From Raillietiella orientalis (lineage: Eukaryota), in assembly GCA_036172245.1 (NCBI GenBank), contig JAYWIR010000005.1, positions 2,790,001-2,854,000 of the forward strand: a stretch of DNA of 64,000 nucleotides. The letters are read 5' to 3'. Made by a program: the position numbers and the translations under genes. Below the pieces are notes generated by a model, which searched no databases, was not told where the DNA came from, and saw nothing but the letters and a program-made list of their open reading frames with translations. This document shows, in pieces, positions 61,401 to 64,000 of the stretch (its first letter is position 1; the number at the start of each line of letters is the position of its first letter).

Positions 61401-64000
61401 AGGTAATCTCAAGGATACTGTAAGCCGATAGAGGCCTACAAAGTGAAATTAATTAAAACTAAATTAATCAGAGACAGTACTATAACAGATCCAATAATAC
61501 GGCATAGAAAATCCAAATAAAATCAAATAGAGTGATATTTTGAGAAAATCCTGTGCTCTATGTATAAATAAAATTTATAAGGAAATTACCTGATAAATCC
61601 GAAACCCGAGGTAGGAGTTTTAATGTAAGAGTGGTCTCTTCTTCATCATGATCACTTTTTTCTTTGACTGGTCCTTTCCCCACATCACCATCAACAGTGT
61701 AGAATTCCTCTTGGGTACTTTTAACCTTTTTAGCTTTCTTAATAATACCAACGGCTGTTACTTCTCCCTTATCGATTTCGTCCACATCACGCTTCTGTAT
61801 AGGAAGCACAACTCGCTGGGATGTGGCACCTTCATCTGGAGTTTCATGTGTGGATCCCATTGCAGTTTCCGTTGCAATAGGCAACCGAGGTAATGATTCG
61901 CAGACTTCCTCGGTTACTTTCTCCGATATTAAATTTGCCGTTTGAGTTAGGATGGGAGTTGCAATTTCGGGCAACGTGAGAAGAACGTCAGACTTCGGAA
62001 GAGACTCTTTGATCACTGTTCTATTCTGCAGCTCACACACATCATGCAATGACTCGTTAACAACTTCATATTGGAACAGCTCTCTCTCGTATCCACTACT
62101 CCAAACTGTTGCTTCGTACACACTCTGAATTTCAAATTCCTCAGCTGCATAGATCTCTTCAAAATCGAACAGTCCTTTGCTCTTGTTGATTAAAACTGAT
62201 TCCGTTATATCGAATTCTTCGTATTTTTTGGATTCTTGTTTTGATTTGATGTGTTTCAAGCCAATGGTTTTGGAAGTCTCCTGAGAGTCAGTGATCTCCA
62301 CAACTTTGAGCAATTTAATTGTACTATCCAATTCTAAAGTGGATGTGTCTTCTTCAGCTGGCGCAGGTTTTTTGAGTTCCAGAGTATACTCGTCGGATTT
62401 TTCGTCCGTCTCCTTCGGTTTCTCCTCTTCCAGTGGCTTCAGTGGAACTTCCGCTTCCAGTGCCACGTCCTCTGCTTCTGGTTTCACTTCGTCCTTCTTT
62501 TTCAGTTTCATTTTCGTTTTCACCGAGGTGTCTTCTTCAGCTGGGACAGGCTTTTTGAGCTCGAGAGTATACTCGTCGGATTTTTCGTCCGTCTCCTTCG
62601 GTTTCTCCTCTTCCAGTGGCTTCAGTGGAACTTCCGCTTCCAGTGCCACGTCCTCTGCTTCTGGTTTCACTTCGTCCTTCTTTTTCAGTTTCATTTTCGT
62701 CTTTACCGAGGTGTCTTCTTCAGCTGGAACAGGCTTTTTGAGCTCGAGAGTATACTCGTCGGATTTTTCGTCCGTCTCCTTCGGTTTTTCCTCTTCCAGT
62801 GGCTTCAGTGGAACTTCCGCTTCCAGTGCCACGTCCTCTGCTTCTGGTTTCACTTCGTCCTTCTTTTTCAGTTTGATTTTCGTTTTCACCGAGGTGTCTT
62901 CTTCAGCTGGGACAGGCTTTTTGAGTTCGAGAGTATACTCATCGGATTTTTCGTCCGTCTCCTTCGGTTTCTCCTCTTCCAGTGGCTTCAGTGGAACTTC
63001 CGCTTCCAGTGCCACGTCCTCTGCTTCTGGTTTCACTTCGTCCTTCTTTTTCAGTTTCATTTTCGTTTTCACCGAGGTGTCTTCTTCAGCTGGGACAGGC
63101 TTTTTGAGCTCGAGAGTATACTCGTCGGATTTTTCGTCCGTCTCCTTCGGTTTCTCCTCTTCCAGTGGCTTCAGTGGAACTTCCGCTTCCAGTGCCACGT
63201 CCTCTGCTTCTGGTTTCACTTCGTCCTTCTTTTTCAGTTTCATTTTCGTCTTTACCGAGGTGTCTTCTTCAGCTGGAACAGGCTTTTTGAGCTCGAGAGT
63301 ATACTCGTCGGATTTTTCGTCCGTCTCCTTCGGTTTTTCCTCTTCCAGTGGTTTCAGTGGAACTTCCGCTTCCAGTGCAACGTCCTCTGCTTCTGGTTTC
63401 ACTTCGTCCTTCTTTTTCAGTTTCATTTTCGTCTTTACCGAGGTGTCTTCTTCAGCTGGGACAGGCTTTTTGAGCTCGAGAGTATACTCGTCAGATTTTT
63501 CGTCCGTCTCCTTCGGTTTTTCCTCTTCCAGTGGTTTCAGTGGAACTTCCGCTTCCAGTGCAACGTCCTCTGCTTCTGGTTTCACCTCGTCCTTCTTTTT
63601 CAGTTTCATTCTCGTCTTTGCCGAGGTGTCTTCTTCAGCTGGCTCAGGTTTTTTGAGTTCCAGAGTATACTCGTCCGATTTTTCGTCCGTCTCTTTCGGT
63701 TTCTCATCTTCCAGTGGCTTTAGTGGAACTTCCGCTTCCAATGCCACGTCCTCTGCTTCTGGTTTCACCTCGTCCTTCTTTTTCAGTTTGATTGTCGTCC
63801 TGACCGAGGTGTCTTCTTCAGCTGGGACAGGCTTTTTGAGCTCGAGAGTATACTCGTCGGATTTTTCATCTGTCTTCTTCGGTTTTTCCTCTTCCAGTGG
63901 TTTAAGTGGAACTTCCGCTTCCAGTGCAACGTCCTCTGCTGCTGGTTTCACCGCCTCTTTCTTTTTCAGTTTGATTTTCGTTTTGACCGAGGTGTCTTTT
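46248..64000 (-). CDS. sls: Gene A: titin-family giant muscle protein, Sallimus/D-titin/I-connectin-like, 3' part (5'-truncated by window edge)
   Basis: Hand-spliced exons, all junctions phase-consistent: >64000-61590, 60838-60725, 60668-60516, 60468-60296, 60235-60051, 59988-59664, 59520-59232, 59146-59036, 58452-58270, 57696-57564, 56248-56024, 55911-55658, 54446-54334, 54271-54115, 52382-52116, 51519-51405, 51350-51196, 50429-50278, 50169-50034, 49990-49852, 49798-49526, 49471-49308, 49251-48967, (48637-48590 optional), 48397-48243, 47955-47808, 47730-47437, 47268-47164, 47113-46919, 46867-46662, 46603-46504, 46450-46248 (TAA). Domain order PEVK - SH3 - 10 Ig - Fn3 - 2 Ig - 4 Fn3 - tail, with no kinase, matches the Sallimus C-terminus. 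Orthology is from recall, not a search. Confidence 0.88.
46504..49990 (-). CDS. sls: Gene A: Fn3 - Ig - Ig - 4x Fn3 C-terminal block
   Basis: Fn3 motifs DKPGRPG..LHWKLPETTGG, DKPGAPEGP..LQWKSPLDDGG..YMFRVCAVN, PEPPRGP..LSWKP..YYLRVSSRN, PSPPEDL..FTWRQP..YHFRVYAEN, PSPPTGP..VEWGEPESDGG..YSIRVYAFN. Confidence 0.93.
48590..48637 (-). CDS. Candidate 48-nt cassette microexon in gene A (EISSARRDSDISEEPV)
   Basis: Acceptor TATTTCAG|AA, donor GTGG|GTAAGC; phase 1-1 like the flanking intron, multiple of 3, no stop. Confidence 0.6.
50034..60468 (-). CDS. sls: Gene A: ten tandem I-set Ig domains over 16 exons
   Basis: Repeated P.F...G.P.P...W...D.G.Y motifs, e.g. ESPYFAMEP..CKICGSPTPAIIW..DSGIYTVVARN, PPQFLEKP..CTVGGLPTPKVTW..DSGSYGVRAEN, LPPKILWGP..DGGTYTC. 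Confidence 0.92.
60469..60515 (-). other. 47-nt GC-AG intron in gene A
   Basis: Donor GAAG|GCAAGT and acceptor GTTGCAG|AA join two offset open frames in phase 1 (..FQFE-E-TVTEEE..). Confidence 0.75.
60592..60806 (-). other. SH3 domain of gene A, split by a 56-nt intron (N-terminal half absent from the ORF track)
   Basis: Spliced translation VYYASEDYTPDTEEGVALSKGDLLQIL-E-VTTSEWYLVVNQRTKQKGIVPSSCV fits the SH3 pattern (A..DY, L...GD...I, W, G..PS..V). Confidence 0.85.
61335..61368. repeat. Perfect 14-bp inverted repeat, 6-nt loop
   Basis: TATTTACTGAGTTA-CTATGT-TAACTCAGTAAATA. Confidence 0.9.
61590..64000 (-). CDS. sls: Gene A large PEVK-like exon (tandem repeats, then a unique acidic linker)
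   Basis: One open frame over more than 2.4 kb (ORF track 61558..63951), ending at donor TCAG|GTAATT (intron starts 61589, phase 1). Confidence 0.93.
62341..64000 (-). repeat. Coding tandem repeat, 183-bp / 61-aa unit, about 9 copies in the window, continues past the edge
   Basis: GTGTCTTCTTCAGCTGG recurs at 62345, 62528, 62711, 62894, 63077, 63260, 63443, 63626 and 63809, with a partial copy at 63992. Unit KPEAEDVALEAEVPLKPLEEEKPKETDEKSDEYTLELKKPVPAEEDTSVKTKMKLKKKDEV; P+E+V+K = 38 of 61 residues. Confidence 0.98.

Noticed and set aside
62341..64000. Regular array that might suggest CRISPR or satellite DNA
   Set aside because: No unique spacers, the unit is a multiple of 3, one frame is open throughout, and it lies in a spliced eukaryotic gene.
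1..64000. tRNA/rRNA genes, intact transposons, endogenous viral elements, bacterial defence or mobile systems
   Set aside because: None recognised by eye. Degenerate TEs or ncRNAs in the large introns cannot be excluded without RepeatMasker, tRNAscan-SE and Infernal.

Overview
Eukaryotic, most likely arthropod, genomic DNA. It carries two giant multi-exon titin-superfamily muscle genes in tandem on the minus strand, both running off the window. Gene A (>64000 to stop at 46248) is the 3' end of a sallimus/D-titin/I-connectin-type gene: a PEVK-like exon with at least 9 tandem 183-bp (61-aa) repeats, an SH3 domain, 10 Ig, Fn3, 2 Ig, 4 Fn3 and a short tail. Gene B (ATG at 33468 to <1) starts about 12.8 kb further on and encodes six N-terminal Ig domains plus an acidic disordered region; it resembles the N-terminus of Stretchin-MLCK as I recall it. 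I built both models by hand from splice sites with consistent phases. The ORF track misses many exons, and most of its other ORFs are antisense or intronic noise. I found no RNA genes, CRISPR arrays, intact transposons or prokaryote-type systems, and nothing I can call a new biological system. The best leads are the sls/Strn-Mlck-like tandem, three Ig domains apparently lacking the E strand (one with a stop-free 51-nt intron at that spot), a 48-nt candidate microexon with an RRDS motif, a GC-AG intron and higher-order structure in the PEVK array. Family names come from recalled motifs and domain order, not database searches.
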